A stretch of 64,000 nucleotides of DNA from Desulfobaccales bacterium (lineage in GTDB: Bacteria; Desulfobacterota; Desulfobaccia; Desulfobaccales; 0-14-0-80-60-11). Made by a program: the position numbers and the translations under genes. How positions within the stretch are numbered: the stretch's first letter is position 1; every line of letters begins with the position of its first letter. Positions 48,708 to 57,376 of this stretch are shown here, in pieces. The notes beneath the pieces were generated by a model. The model was not told the origin of the DNA, made no database searches, and worked only from the letters and a program-made list of their open reading frames with translations. The DNA lies in the NCBI GenBank assembly GCA_049696835.1, contig JBAVUP010000128.1, forward strand, positions 25,085 to 89,084, in the 5' to 3' direction.

Positions 48708-49310
48708 CTACTCCGATTCCACCGCGCCCACGAACTCCGGCGCCTCCGCCGCCGCGGTGGCCGCCAGGCGCCGCCGGGAGGTGATCCCCTTCAGGCTGGG
48801 CAGGATAAACTCCAAGGCCCCCGGCGAAATGCTCAACTGCTCAAAGACCTCGAAACCCGCCTCCGCCATGGCGTTTTTCCAGAACTCATCCCGGGCCGCG
48901 TCTTTGGACCCGTAGGCCAGCTCGAAATACACCCGCTTGATCTGGGCCGTGGCCAGGAGCTTGATGCACACGAAACAGGGCTGCAGGGTGACGTACAGGG
49001 TCGCGCCCTTGATGGCCACGCCGTAGCGGGCCGCCTGGGCGATGGCGTTGGCCTCGGCGTGGGACGCCCGGCAGTAATTATACTTGTCCACGTCGGCGAT
49101 GTTCAAGGCCCGGCGGTGGCAGTAGGGGCTGCCGTCGGGCATGACCTGGTCCGAGCAGTGGGGCGCCCCGGGCATGGAGCCGTTGTAGCCCGTGGCCAGG
49201 ATCTGCTTGTCCTTGACCAGCACCGCGCCCGTGGGCCGGGAGTTGCAGGTGCTGCGCGTGCTCACCAACTTGGCGATGAGCAGGAAGTATTCATCCCAGG
49301 AGGGTCGCAT
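48708..49310 (-). CDS. dCMP deaminase-family zinc deaminase with extended C-terminus
   Basis: HAEANAI and PCFVCIKLL zinc motifs. ~45 aa longer than I expect for this family. Confidence 0.85.
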   Translation of the reverse strand: MRPSWDEYFLLIAKLVSTRSTCNSRPTGAVLVKDKQILATGYNGSMPGAPHCSDQVMPDGSPYCHRRALNIADVDKYNYCRASHAEANAIAQAARYGVAIKGATLYVTLQPCFVCIKLLATAQIKRVYFELAYGSKDAARDEFWKNAMAEAGFEVFEQLSISPGALEFILPSLKGITSRRRLAATAAAEAPEFVGAVESE

Positions 49311-49344
49311 ATGCTCCTTTATGGTGCGTAAAACGCACCCTACC

Positions 49345-50268
49345 TCACTTTTTTAAGAAAGCCTCGACAAACTCATTGGTTTTCTGCCATTCCTCCTCCG
49401 GCGGGATATGGCCGCATTTCGGCAGGATCACCAGTTCCACGTCCGGGATATCCCGCTTGAACTGTTTGCCCACCGCAAGCGGCACCACCTCATCCTCGGC
49501 CCCCCAGATAATCAGGACCGGCACGCTGATGGTCTTGTATTGGGCGGTGAGGGCCTCGATATCGTCGGGCACGAGCTGCCTGGCGGTCGCCGTCACCGCC
49601 TCCCGGGCCCCCGGCAGACTGCCGTAATAGGCATAGGTGTCGATCTGCTCATCGGTAATCTTGTCCTTGTTATAATAACATTTTCGCAGCACCAGGGAGG
49701 TGACGAACCGGGGCGACAGCAGCCGGCCCCCGATCTCATTGAGCACGGGAATACGGGCGAAGCGGATGAACCAGGGCATCTTTTGCGGGTAGCCGGCGCT
49801 GTCGATGAGCACCAGCTTCCTGATCCGGGCCGGGGAGTCCTGCCGCACCTGGAAATAGGTCATGAGGGTCACCCCGCCCCCCATGGAATGGCCGATCACC
49901 ACCAGATCATGCAAATCCCGGGTGCGGATGAACTCCGTCACCATGTCCGCCTGGTCCGCCACGGCGTATTTGCCGTCGTCGGGCTTGTCAGAAAGGCCAT
50001 AGCCTTTGAGATCCAGGGCAAACACCCGGTGATCCTTGGCCAGCGCCGGCGCCAGGTACCGCCAGGTATAAGTGCAGGCCCCGAAGCCGTGCAGCAGGAT
50101 CACCGGCGGCCCCTGCCCCGCCTCGTAGTAATTGATCTTGATGCCCTGATAATCAAAGACCTTCCGCTCGCCCCAGGAATTGTCCAGATTCCCCAGCGGC
50201 GCCGGCACCCGGGCGCAGGCCGCCAGCAGCAGGATTAGCAAACAGCAGACTATCTTCATTGGTCGCAT
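49345..50268 (-). CDS. Exported alpha/beta-fold hydrolase (lipoprotein signal)
   Basis: LLLAACARV lipobox; HGFG oxyanion region; GHSMGG nucleophile elbow. Confidence 0.75.
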   Translation of the reverse strand: MRPMKIVCCLLILLLAACARVPAPLGNLDNSWGERKVFDYQGIKINYYEAGQGPPVILLHGFGACTYTWRYLAPALAKDHRVFALDLKGYGLSDKPDDGKYAVADQADMVTEFIRTRDLHDLVVIGHSMGGGVTLMTYFQVRQDSPARIRKLVLIDSAGYPQKMPWFIRFARIPVLNEIGGRLLSPRFVTSLVLRKCYYNKDKITDEQIDTYAYYGSLPGAREAVTATARQLVPDDIEALTAQYKTISVPVLIIWGAEDEVVPLAVGKQFKRDIPDVELVILPKCGHIPPEEEWQKTNEFVEAFLKK

Positions 50269-50311
50269 GAGTGTGAGAAACTCCTACCCCATTCACATGC
50301 TAACAAACTGC

Positions 50312-51613
50312 CTACCGTAAATCAATCACCAACGGCGAGGTCTCGGCCTCCCGGTACAGCGACCCCGGTTCCACCAATTTCACCCGGGGTTGGACGCCGA
50401 TGCCTTGCGCCAGCTTGTGGGCGATCTCCTGGAGCATCTCCCGCTGCTTGGTCATCTTGTCGAAGAACAATTCCTCCCGGACCTCGATGCGCACCTCCAG
50501 GTAGTCCATGTGCCCTTCCCGGCCCACCACCAACTGATAGGCCGGCTCCTCCCCCTGGATGGCGGCCAACACCTGCCCCACCCGGTTCGGAAAGATGTTG
50601 ACGCCCTTGACGATGACCACCTCATCGGACCGGCCCTCGATGCGGCTCATGCGGGCCAGGGTCCGGCCGCAGGGGCAGGGCGAGTAGTCCAGCCGCACCA
50701 GGTCCCCGGTGCGGAAGCGCACCAGGGGGGTGGCCTCCTTGGTGAGGGTGGTGATGACCAGCTCCCCCAGTTCGCCGGGGGGCAAAAGCTCGCCGCTCGC
50801 CGGGTCGATGACCTGGGGCAGGAAATGGTCCTCGCTCAGGTGCATGCCCGGCAGCTCCCGGGCGGCGCACTCTCCGGCCACCCCGGGACCCATGGCTTCG
50901 CTCAGGGCGTAGTGGTCCAGGGCCCGGGTATAGAGGCGGTTTTCAATTTCGGCCCGCATGGCTTCGGTCCAGGGTTCCCCGGCCAGAAGCGCCGCTTTGA
51001 GGTAGAGATTCTTGGGGTCCACCCCGGCGACCTCCATCTGGTCGGCCAACACCAGGGCATAGGAGGGCGTGGACACGAGGACGGTGGTACGGTAGTCCCG
51101 CATCACCTGCACCTGGCGGGCACTGAAGCCGGGGCCGCTCGGAATCACCGAGGCTCCCAAAAGCTCCACCCCGTAGTGCATGCCGAAGGCGCTGGTGAGA
51201 AAACTGTAGCTCAAGGTCACCTGGACCACATCGTCCCGGTCCACCCCCGCGGCGGTAAGGATGCGGGCGGATAATTTGGCCCAGTTCCTGAGGTCCCGGC
51301 CGGTATAGCCCATGACGATGGGATTGCCCGGACTGCCGGTGGAAGAGTGGATGCGCACCACCTCCCGCAGAGGCACCGCGAACATCTCGTAGGGATAGGC
51401 CCGGGCCAGATCGTGACGGGTGGTGAACGGCAACCTGCCTAAGTCATCGAGGGATTGGCAATCCTCGGGGAGGAAACCGAGAGCGTCGAACTTTTTCTTG
51501 TAGAACTTGACGTTCTTGTAGACCCGGGTGAGAGTGGCCTGGAGGCGCTCCAACTGCAACTGCGCCAACTCCTCCCGATCCATCTGCTCCGCATTTTGGT
51601 CGAAGATTGCCAT
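50312..51613 (-). CDS. Phenylacetate-CoA ligase family (PaaK-like) adenylating enzyme
   Basis: Start ATG 51613: MAIFDQNAEQMDREELAQLQLERLQATLTRVYKNVKFYKKKFD. The upstream part of the track ORF is repeat read-through. Confidence 0.85.
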   Translation of the reverse strand: MAIFDQNAEQMDREELAQLQLERLQATLTRVYKNVKFYKKKFDALGFLPEDCQSLDDLGRLPFTTRHDLARAYPYEMFAVPLREVVRIHSSTGSPGNPIVMGYTGRDLRNWAKLSARILTAAGVDRDDVVQVTLSYSFLTSAFGMHYGVELLGASVIPSGPGFSARQVQVMRDYRTTVLVSTPSYALVLADQMEVAGVDPKNLYLKAALLAGEPWTEAMRAEIENRLYTRALDHYALSEAMGPGVAGECAARELPGMHLSEDHFLPQVIDPASGELLPPGELGELVITTLTKEATPLVRFRTGDLVRLDYSPCPCGRTLARMSRIEGRSDEVVIVKGVNIFPNRVGQVLAAIQGEEPAYQLVVGREGHMDYLEVRIEVREELFFDKMTKQREMLQEIAHKLAQGIGVQPRVKLVEPGSLYREAETSPLVIDLR

Positions 51614-51623
51614 TTTTGAAGTC

Positions 51624-51693
51624 CTGTTTTCTGTTTTCGGTTTTCGGTTTTCGGTGTAAATCCTGATCCCTGATCCCTGATCTCTGGTCCCTG
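51624..51693. repeat. Two adjacent heptamer arrays filling the livG-paaK spacer
   Basis: CTGTTTTCTGTTTTCGGTTTTCGGTTTTCGGTG, then TCCTGATCCCTGATCCCTGATCTCTGGTCCCTG. Confidence 0.9.
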
Positions 51694-52458
51694 CTATTCC
51701 TCCTCCCGGCCGAGGTAGGCCTCGATGACCCGGGGGTCCCGGCGGATATCCCCGGGGAGGCCCGCGGCGATGACCTGGCCGTGGTCCAGGACCACGATGC
51801 GGTGGCACAGGCCCATGACCAGGGTCATATCGTGTTCGATGACCAGGAGGGTAATATCCAGGGAGAGCAGCTGCTCCAAAAGCGCCATGAGGTCTTCGGT
51901 CTCCCGGGGATTGAGGCCCGCGGCGGGCTCGTCCATGAGCAGCAGCCGAGGTTGTTGGGCCAGGGCCCGGGCGATTTCCAGGCGTCGCTGATCGCCGTAG
52001 GCCAGGGCTTCGGCGGGCTCGGCGTCTCTGCCCCCCAGGCCCACCAGGTCCAGGAGTTCCAGGGCTCGCCGGCGGTTCTCGGCCTGGGCCCGCTTCACCC
52101 GGGGCAGCGGCAGCAGGGCCGTGAACGACCCCACCGGTTGGCGCAGGTGATAGCCGGTGAGGACGTTTTCCAGCACCGTCATGCCGCCGAAGAGCTGGAC
52201 ATTCTGAAAGGTGCGGGCCAGGCCCAGGCCCGCCCGGCGGTACGGGGGCAGACCCACCATATCCCGCCCGTCCAGTCGGATACCGCCGGCGGTGGGCGGC
52301 AGCAAACCGTTAATCAGGTTGAAGCAGGTGGTTTTGCCCGCGCCGTTGGGGCCGATCAAACCGACGATCTCTCCTTCGGCCACCGCGAAAGAAACGTCGA
52401 GCAGGGCCTGAACGCCCCCAAAAGATTTACTGAGTTCGCGAACCTCAAGCATAGTCAA
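51694..52458 (-). CDS. livG: Branched-chain amino acid ABC transporter ATPase (LivG-type)
   Basis: GPNGAGKTTCFNLINGLL Walker A; LSYGDQRRLEIARAL-type signature; 254 aa. Confidence 0.88.
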   Translation of the reverse strand: MTMLEVRELSKSFGGVQALLDVSFAVAEGEIVGLIGPNGAGKTTCFNLINGLLPPTAGGIRLDGRDMVGLPPYRRAGLGLARTFQNVQLFGGMTVLENVLTGYHLRQPVGSFTALLPLPRVKRAQAENRRRALELLDLVGLGGRDAEPAEALAYGDQRRLEIARALAQQPRLLLMDEPAAGLNPRETEDLMALLEQLLSLDITLLVIEHDMTLVMGLCHRIVVLDHGQVIAAGLPGDIRRDPRVIEAYLGREEE

Positions 52459-52463
52459 AACCA

Positions 52464-52502
52464 GGGGCGAAAAGGCGAAAAGGGAAAAAGGGGAAAGAAA
52501 AG
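52464..52502. repeat. 8-nt tandem array 6 nt upstream of the livG start
   Basis: GGGGCGAAAAGGCGAAAAGGGAAAAAGGGGAAAGAAAAG. Confidence 0.85.
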
Positions 52503-52574
52503 CATTAATGCAACGTATTCCACCCCTTGACCCTCTTGCCAGAATTTAATCGTTTCCATATTTCTCTTTTGCCT

Positions 52575-52660
52575 CGTTCCCAAGCTGTGCTTGGGAACGC
52601 GCTTTAATCAGCCAAGTTTAGCTTGGCTTCATTGTCGTTCCCAAGTGCAACTTGGGAACG
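52575..52660. repeat. Cluster of three hairpins (two CGTTCCCAAG...CTTGGGAACG units and GCCAAGTTTAGCTTGGC)
   Basis: 52575-52599, 52611-52627 and 52636-52660. A third CGTTCCCAAG copy lies at 61449-61473. Confidence 0.8.
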
Positions 52661-52709
52661 AGTTAGAAAAGACTCGTTAATCTCCGTATATTGGCGTTAA
52701 TCTGCGGTT

Positions 52710-53435
52710 TCATTCCCACACTTCCCGGTAGCCTTTGCCGAGATACGCCCGCTGCACTTCCGGGTCTTCCCTGAGGTCACCGGCGGTGCCGTCCAGGATG
52801 ATGCGTCCGGTCTCCAGCACGTAGCCCCGGTCCTCCACCTTCAAGGCCGCCCGGGCGTTCTGTTCCACCAGGAGCAGCGTGGTGCCCGCGGCCTTGAGTT
52901 CCGCCAGGATCTCGTAAACCTGGGTGACCATCCGGGGGGCCAGCCCCATGGAAGGTTCGTCCAACATCAACAGCTTGGGGCGGGCCATCAGGGCCCGGCC
53001 GATCGCCAGAATCTGCTGTTCCCCCCCGCTCAACGTGCCCGCCGCCTGGTGACCCCGTTCCTTGAGGATGGGGAAGCGCTCCCGGATGTCCTCCAGGTCC
53101 CGGCGCACCGCGCCCTTATCCCGGCGGTGATAGGCTCCCAACTCCAGATTGGCGGTGACGCTCAGGCTGCGGAAGACCCGGCGGCCTTCCGGCACCAGGG
53201 CCAACCCCAGAGTAACGATGCGCTCCGGGGACATGCGGGTGAGATCCTGGCCGGCGAACTCAATGGCGCCTTGCCGGGGCGGCAGCAACCCGGAAATGGT
53301 GCTCAGGGTAGTGGTCTTGCCGGCGCCGTTGCCGCCGATGAGGGTCACCACCTCGCCGGCACGCACGTGGAAGGAGATGCCCTTCAGCACCGGCACGCGG
53401 CCATACCCGGCCTGGACGCTTTTTAAGGTGAGCAC
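52710..53435 (-). CDS. livF: Branched-chain amino acid ABC transporter ATPase (LivF-type)
   Basis: GTG start 53435 (VLTLKSVQAGYG...). GGNGAGKTTTLSTISGLL Walker A. Confidence 0.85.
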   Translation of the reverse strand: MLTLKSVQAGYGRVPVLKGISFHVRAGEVVTLIGGNGAGKTTTLSTISGLLPPRQGAIEFAGQDLTRMSPERIVTLGLALVPEGRRVFRSLSVTANLELGAYHRRDKGAVRRDLEDIRERFPILKERGHQAAGTLSGGEQQILAIGRALMARPKLLMLDEPSMGLAPRMVTQVYEILAELKAAGTTLLLVEQNARAALKVEDRGYVLETGRIILDGTAGDLREDPEVQRAYLGKGYREVWE

Positions 53436-53473
53436 GGTTTTCTGTTTTCTGTTTTCTGTTTTCGGTTGTTTGG
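53436..53473. repeat. Heptamer array (TTTTCTG)n abutting the livF start
   Basis: GGTTTTCTGTTTTCTGTTTTCTGTTTTCGGTTGTTTGG. It is the reverse complement of 53631-53656 plus one extra unit. Confidence 0.9.
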
Positions 53474-53493
53474 AAACATGGTACGAATAATTC

Positions 53494-53613
53494 CTATGGA
53501 TGGCCTGGGACAGCAATCATCTCGGAGATAAGTTGTTTTGGTATCCAGTATGCTGTCGGTGGTTCATCGGCTCCTTCATACCAGTCGGCAACCATTATTT
53601 GCTGAATATCCAT
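53494..53613 (-). CDS. Possible 39-codon ORF inside the AT-rich insert between inverted heptamer arrays
   Basis: Hand translation: MDIQQIMVADWYEGADEPPTAYWIPKQLISEMIAVPGHP*. AGGA lies 7 nt upstream. No homology support. Confidence 0.25.
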   Translation of the reverse strand: MDIQQIMVADWYEGADEPPTAYWIPKQLISEMIAVPGHP

Positions 53614-53630
53614 AAATCGTCCTTTTTTTT

Positions 53631-53656
53631 CACCGAAAACAGAAAACAGAAAACCG
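53631..53656. repeat. Heptamer array (CAGAAAA)n just after the livM stop
   Basis: CACCGAAAACAGAAAACAGAAAACCG. Confidence 0.9.
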
Positions 53657-53659
53657 TCT

Positions 53660-54532
53660 CTAACTTTCCCGTTGCAAAAACTTCAGGCTCAATTTGCCCC
53701 GGCCCAGGACGCCCTCGGGCCGGCAGATAAGCAGGATCATCAGGAGGCCGCCGTATATCAGGTCCTGGTAGCCGTGGGTCTGCCGCAGCATCTCGGGCAG
53801 GATGGTCAGGATCACTGCTCCCAGGATCGACCCGGCGATGGACCCCATGCCCCCCAGCACCACCATGGCGAGGATGAGGATGGAGGTATGGAGGCCAAAG
53901 CTCTCGGGGTTGATAAAGGTGATGTAATGGGCGTACAGGGACCCGGCCAGGCCGGCCAGGCCCGCGGCCAGGGTGAAAATGACGACCTTATAGGCCGGGC
54001 TGTTGATCCCCATGACCTGGGCGGTGACCTCATGGTCCCGGATAGCCCGGAGGGCCCGGCCGTGATAGGAATCCACCAGGCGGTAAGTGGCGATGAGGAC
54101 CAGGATAACGGTGACTATCACCAGAATCAGGTAGTGCCAGGGTGTCCTGAAACTCATGCCCCAAAAGCTCGGTGGGGGGATACCCGGCAGGCCATCGGGC
54201 CCCCCGGTAATATCCAGGTTCAGGAAGACCAGGTCCACGATCACCCCAAAGCCCAGGGTGACGATGGCCAGGTAATCCTCCTTGAGCCTGAGGGTGGGCA
54301 GGCCCAAGCCCAGGCCGCATAATCCGGCCACCAGGATGGCGGCCAGGGCGGCGGCGGGAAAAGGCCAATGCCAGTGCAGCGCCGCCAGGGCCGAGGCATA
54401 GGCCCCGATGCCGTAGAACGCCGCGTGGCCCAAGGAGACCTGGCCGGCATAGCCGATGATCAGGTTGAGGCTGATGGTCAGGATGATGTAGATGCCGGCC
54501 AGGATGGTCAGATGCAGCGCGTAGGCGGCCAT
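53660..54532 (-). CDS. livM: Branched-chain amino acid ABC transporter permease (LivM-type)
   Basis: LNLIIGYAGQVSLGHAAFYGIGAY motif; polytopic. Confidence 0.85.
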   Translation of the reverse strand: MAAYALHLTILAGIYIILTISLNLIIGYAGQVSLGHAAFYGIGAYASALAALHWHWPFPAAALAAILVAGLCGLGLGLPTLRLKEDYLAIVTLGFGVIVDLVFLNLDITGGPDGLPGIPPPSFWGMSFRTPWHYLILVIVTVILVLIATYRLVDSYHGRALRAIRDHEVTAQVMGINSPAYKVVIFTLAAGLAGLAGSLYAHYITFINPESFGLHTSILILAMVVLGGMGSIAGSILGAVILTILPEMLRQTHGYQDLIYGGLLMILLICRPEGVLGRGKLSLKFLQRES

Positions 54533-54533
54533 C

Positions 54534-55397
54534 TCAGTCCCCCTTGCCTCTCAGGATGCCCTGGGGCCGAATCAGCAGCACCAGGATGAGGATGGCAAAG
54601 GCGATGGCATCCTTGAACCCCGAGGAAATGTAGGCCGCGCCCAGGGACTCCGCCACTCCCAGGAGCAGGCCCCCCAGGATGGCCCCGGGAATGTTGCCCA
54701 CGCCTCCCAGAACGGCGGCACTGAAGGCCTTGAGGCCCGGCAGCAGCCCCATGCGGGGGTAGGTGGCATTGTAATAGATGGCCATCATGACGCCGGCGGC
54801 GCCGCTCAAAGCCGAACCCAGCAGGAAGGTCAACGAGACCATGCGATCCACGTTGATGCCCATGAGCCGGGCCGTATCCCGGTCCAGGGCGCAGGCCACG
54901 ATGGCCTTGCCATACGTGGTGTAGCGCACGAAGAGCACCAGCAGGCCCATGAACCCGAGGGCCGCCCCCAGGATGGCCATCTGCAGGGTGGACACCGGCA
55001 GGCCAGCGATTTTGATGGTGCTGAAGGTGAATTGGATGGGAAAGGGCCGGTCATCGGGGCCGAACATCAGCAGCGCCAGGCTCTGGAGAAAGATGGAGGC
55101 GCCGATGGCGCTGATGAGGGGCACCAGGGGATGGGAGCCCCGCAAGGGCCGGAAGGCCACCCGCTCCAGCACCACGCCCAACAGGGCGGCCGCGGCCATT
55201 CCCAGCCCAAAGGCCAGGTAGAAATTGACGTGCCCGGTGGCCAGGAGCAGGACCGTTACAAAGGCGCCGAACATGTAGATTTCTCCCTGGGCAAAATTGA
55301 TCAGGCCCAGAATACCATAGATCATGGTATAGCCCAGGGCGATGAGGGCATAAACACTGCCGGTGGTCAGACCGTTGATTAATTGCTGGAAAAACAT
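54534..55397 (-). CDS. livH: Branched-chain amino acid ABC transporter permease (LivH-type)
   Basis: MFFQQLINGLTTGSVYALIALGYTMIYGILGLINFAQGE N-terminus. Confidence 0.88.
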   Translation of the reverse strand: MFFQQLINGLTTGSVYALIALGYTMIYGILGLINFAQGEIYMFGAFVTVLLLATGHVNFYLAFGLGMAAAALLGVVLERVAFRPLRGSHPLVPLISAIGASIFLQSLALLMFGPDDRPFPIQFTFSTIKIAGLPVSTLQMAILGAALGFMGLLVLFVRYTTYGKAIVACALDRDTARLMGINVDRMVSLTFLLGSALSGAAGVMMAIYYNATYPRMGLLPGLKAFSAAVLGGVGNIPGAILGGLLLGVAESLGAAYISSGFKDAIAFAILILVLLIRPQGILRGKGD

Positions 55398-55563
55398 CAG
55401 GATGCGGAAAACCGTTCCATGAGCAGCGAGTTAGGACTGCGCCGCAGGGCAGCCCGACTCACCATATCATCTTTCCCCCGTGGTCGACAAGGCTGTTATG
55501 GGCTGCCGGGCCGCAGTCGGGCCGACCCGGCGGGAAGCGCCATCAGCACCATACCCGCGAGCC

Positions 55564-55588
55564 AAAAAAAGGCGGCCCGCAGGCCGCC
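55564..55588 (-). terminator. Rho-independent terminator after the OM beta-barrel gene
   Basis: The minus strand reads GGCGGCCTGCGGGCCGCC followed by TTTTTTT. Confidence 0.7.
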
Positions 55589-55613
55589 TGATATCCGGCT
55601 AAAGGTAACCGGT

Positions 55614-56336
55614 TTAGAAGTGGTAGCCGGCCCGGACCAGGAGGGCGAACTGATGCAGGGCCTGCGTCTTTACGGTATAGCCGCTGAATTCATACGAGGG
55701 TGCGGCAAAACGGTACCGCATGGCCGTATCGATGGACACGTTCTTTAAGGCCATGAACCGAATGCCGGGTTCCACCACCAGGGCGATGTTGGTGGAAGAA
55801 GCCTGCCCAAGACCATTGCCCACCACGTTTAATCGCCGGACACTGCCAAAGTCTAAGCCGCTGAACATGATGGCAGGCCCTATGCCGAGGTATGGAACTA
55901 TTCGGCCCGATGGCACCTCGCTGTCGGGATAGAAACCATAGTGACCTATAAACAGGAAAGTCCAGACCGCCTCATAGCCATCGACGTGGGATCCATAAGG
56001 AATATAGAATCCTAACCCTTGGTCGCGTGAGGAAACACTGAACCGGTTGTAAGTGAAATCCATTGCGAAACTGAAATATTTCATCCACCCGGGCCAATGA
56101 TAAGCCAGGAAACCGGAATCGACGAAATCATAGCCAACGGTCAACCCACCGATCACTGCGTGATCAAAGGAAGTGGTGTATAAATTTGCCCCATTGACTG
56201 TAAAGGTCGAATCCAGCGTGAAATTAGGTCCGAGTTCCCCTCCGACCCACATGGCCGCCCGGACCACCCCTGGCAAGGCCAGCAGCGTGGTCATGATGAC
56301 CACCAGGCACAATTGAGATGTCTTGCTTCTCGCCAT
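55614..56336 (-). CDS. Outer-membrane beta-barrel protein (OmpW/OMP_b-brl-like)
   Basis: Signal peptide ending VRA. Alternating beta-strand pattern. C-terminal ...RAGYHF. Confidence 0.7.
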   Translation of the reverse strand: MARSKTSQLCLVVIMTTLLALPGVVRAAMWVGGELGPNFTLDSTFTVNGANLYTTSFDHAVIGGLTVGYDFVDSGFLAYHWPGWMKYFSFAMDFTYNRFSVSSRDQGLGFYIPYGSHVDGYEAVWTFLFIGHYGFYPDSEVPSGRIVPYLGIGPAIMFSGLDFGSVRRLNVVGNGLGQASSTNIALVVEPGIRFMALKNVSIDTAMRYRFAAPSYEFSGYTVKTQALHQFALLVRAGYHF

Positions 56337-56453
56337 CAGCCCCTCCCTCTCCCCTAAAAGAACAGGGGCCTTGAATCTAATATTTTACTCAGATGCAAGA
56401 CCCCTAAACTTTTCCCCCGTGGGGGCGAGCTCATTCGAGCCTGGTGCATCGCC

Positions 56454-57185
56454 TTAAAAGTGATAGTTGGCCCGGACCAGAAAGCTAAACTGGTTCAGGG
56501 GATTGACCTTTACCGTGGTGTCGTTGCCAAAGTTATACGAGGGTACCGCATAACGATACCGGAAGGCCGTATCGATGGAGACGTTCGGCAAGGCCACCCA
56601 CCGGATACCGGGTTCCACCACCAGGGCAATGTTGGTAGAACCGGCCTGTCCGATGCCGACATTGCCCATTTGCTGCCTTTGGCCTACCACTCCTGGAAGC
56701 CCCGTACCCATGTTGAGTCCGCTCCAGACGATGGCCGGTCCCACCCCGATGTAAGGATTCACCCGGCCAGAAGGCACTACGGAATCGGGGAAGAAGCCAT
56801 AATGGGCCATGAACAGGAAAGTCCAGGCCACACAATAGCCATCAAGCTTGGCAGCCGGAGGGTAACCAAGTTTGTCGGTTGTTCTCACCTCGACGTGGTT
56901 ATAGGTGAGGTCCGTGGCAAAACTGAAATATTTCATCCAGTCGGGCCAATTGTAGGCACCAAACCCCGCGTTGACGAAATCGTAGCCAATGGTAACCCCG
57001 CCGATCACCGACGGACTAAAACCAACGTCGTTGATAGAACTGCCGTTGACTTTAAGCTCCGTACTCCCGATGAAATTACCCCCGAGCTCGACGCCGGCCC
57101 ACATGGCAGACTGGGCCACTCCCGCGCATGCCAACAGCGCCGCCAACAGCACCGCCATACCCAACCCATACGTCTTTTTCTTCAT
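56454..57185 (-). CDS. Outer-membrane beta-barrel protein, paralog of 55614-56336
   Basis: Collinear similarity (MWAGVELGGNF.., WPDWMKYFSFA.., TNIALVVEPGIR.., ..RANYHF). Confidence 0.7.
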   Translation of the reverse strand: MKKKTYGLGMAVLLAALLACAGVAQSAMWAGVELGGNFIGSTELKVNGSSINDVGFSPSVIGGVTIGYDFVNAGFGAYNWPDWMKYFSFATDLTYNHVEVRTTDKLGYPPAAKLDGYCVAWTFLFMAHYGFFPDSVVPSGRVNPYIGVGPAIVWSGLNMGTGLPGVVGQRQQMGNVGIGQAGSTNIALVVEPGIRWVALPNVSIDTAFRYRYAVPSYNFGNDTTVKVNPLNQFSFLVRANYHF

Positions 57186-57376
57186 GATTGGTATCCCCCT
57201 TAATTAGACCCTTTTTGCGGTCTTGAAGCGATGAAAGTTTTTTTTACTTCCCCCCTCCTTGCCCCACCTAGTCAAAAACTTAGCTTTTGCCCCCATTGAA
57301 GGCGAATCAATTATAAGTTGCAAGAAAAATCTTTGTCAAGAATAAAGTCTTGCAGGTAAACCAAAAATCAATGGCT

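Noticed and set aside
51614-51808. N-terminal extensions of track ORFs that read through repeats: paaK to 51808, livF to 53516, ubiA-family to 58291, ubiD-family to 60490, ftsK to 48510, DUF3795-like to 28842, lipoprotein to 13352
   Set aside because: The extensions translate tandem arrays or G/C-tract elements (for example TENRKPKTENR, KINEKRETKNEKRE, PTPSPTPPSPTP). They precede internal ATG/GTG codons that give canonical family N-termini, usually with an SD.
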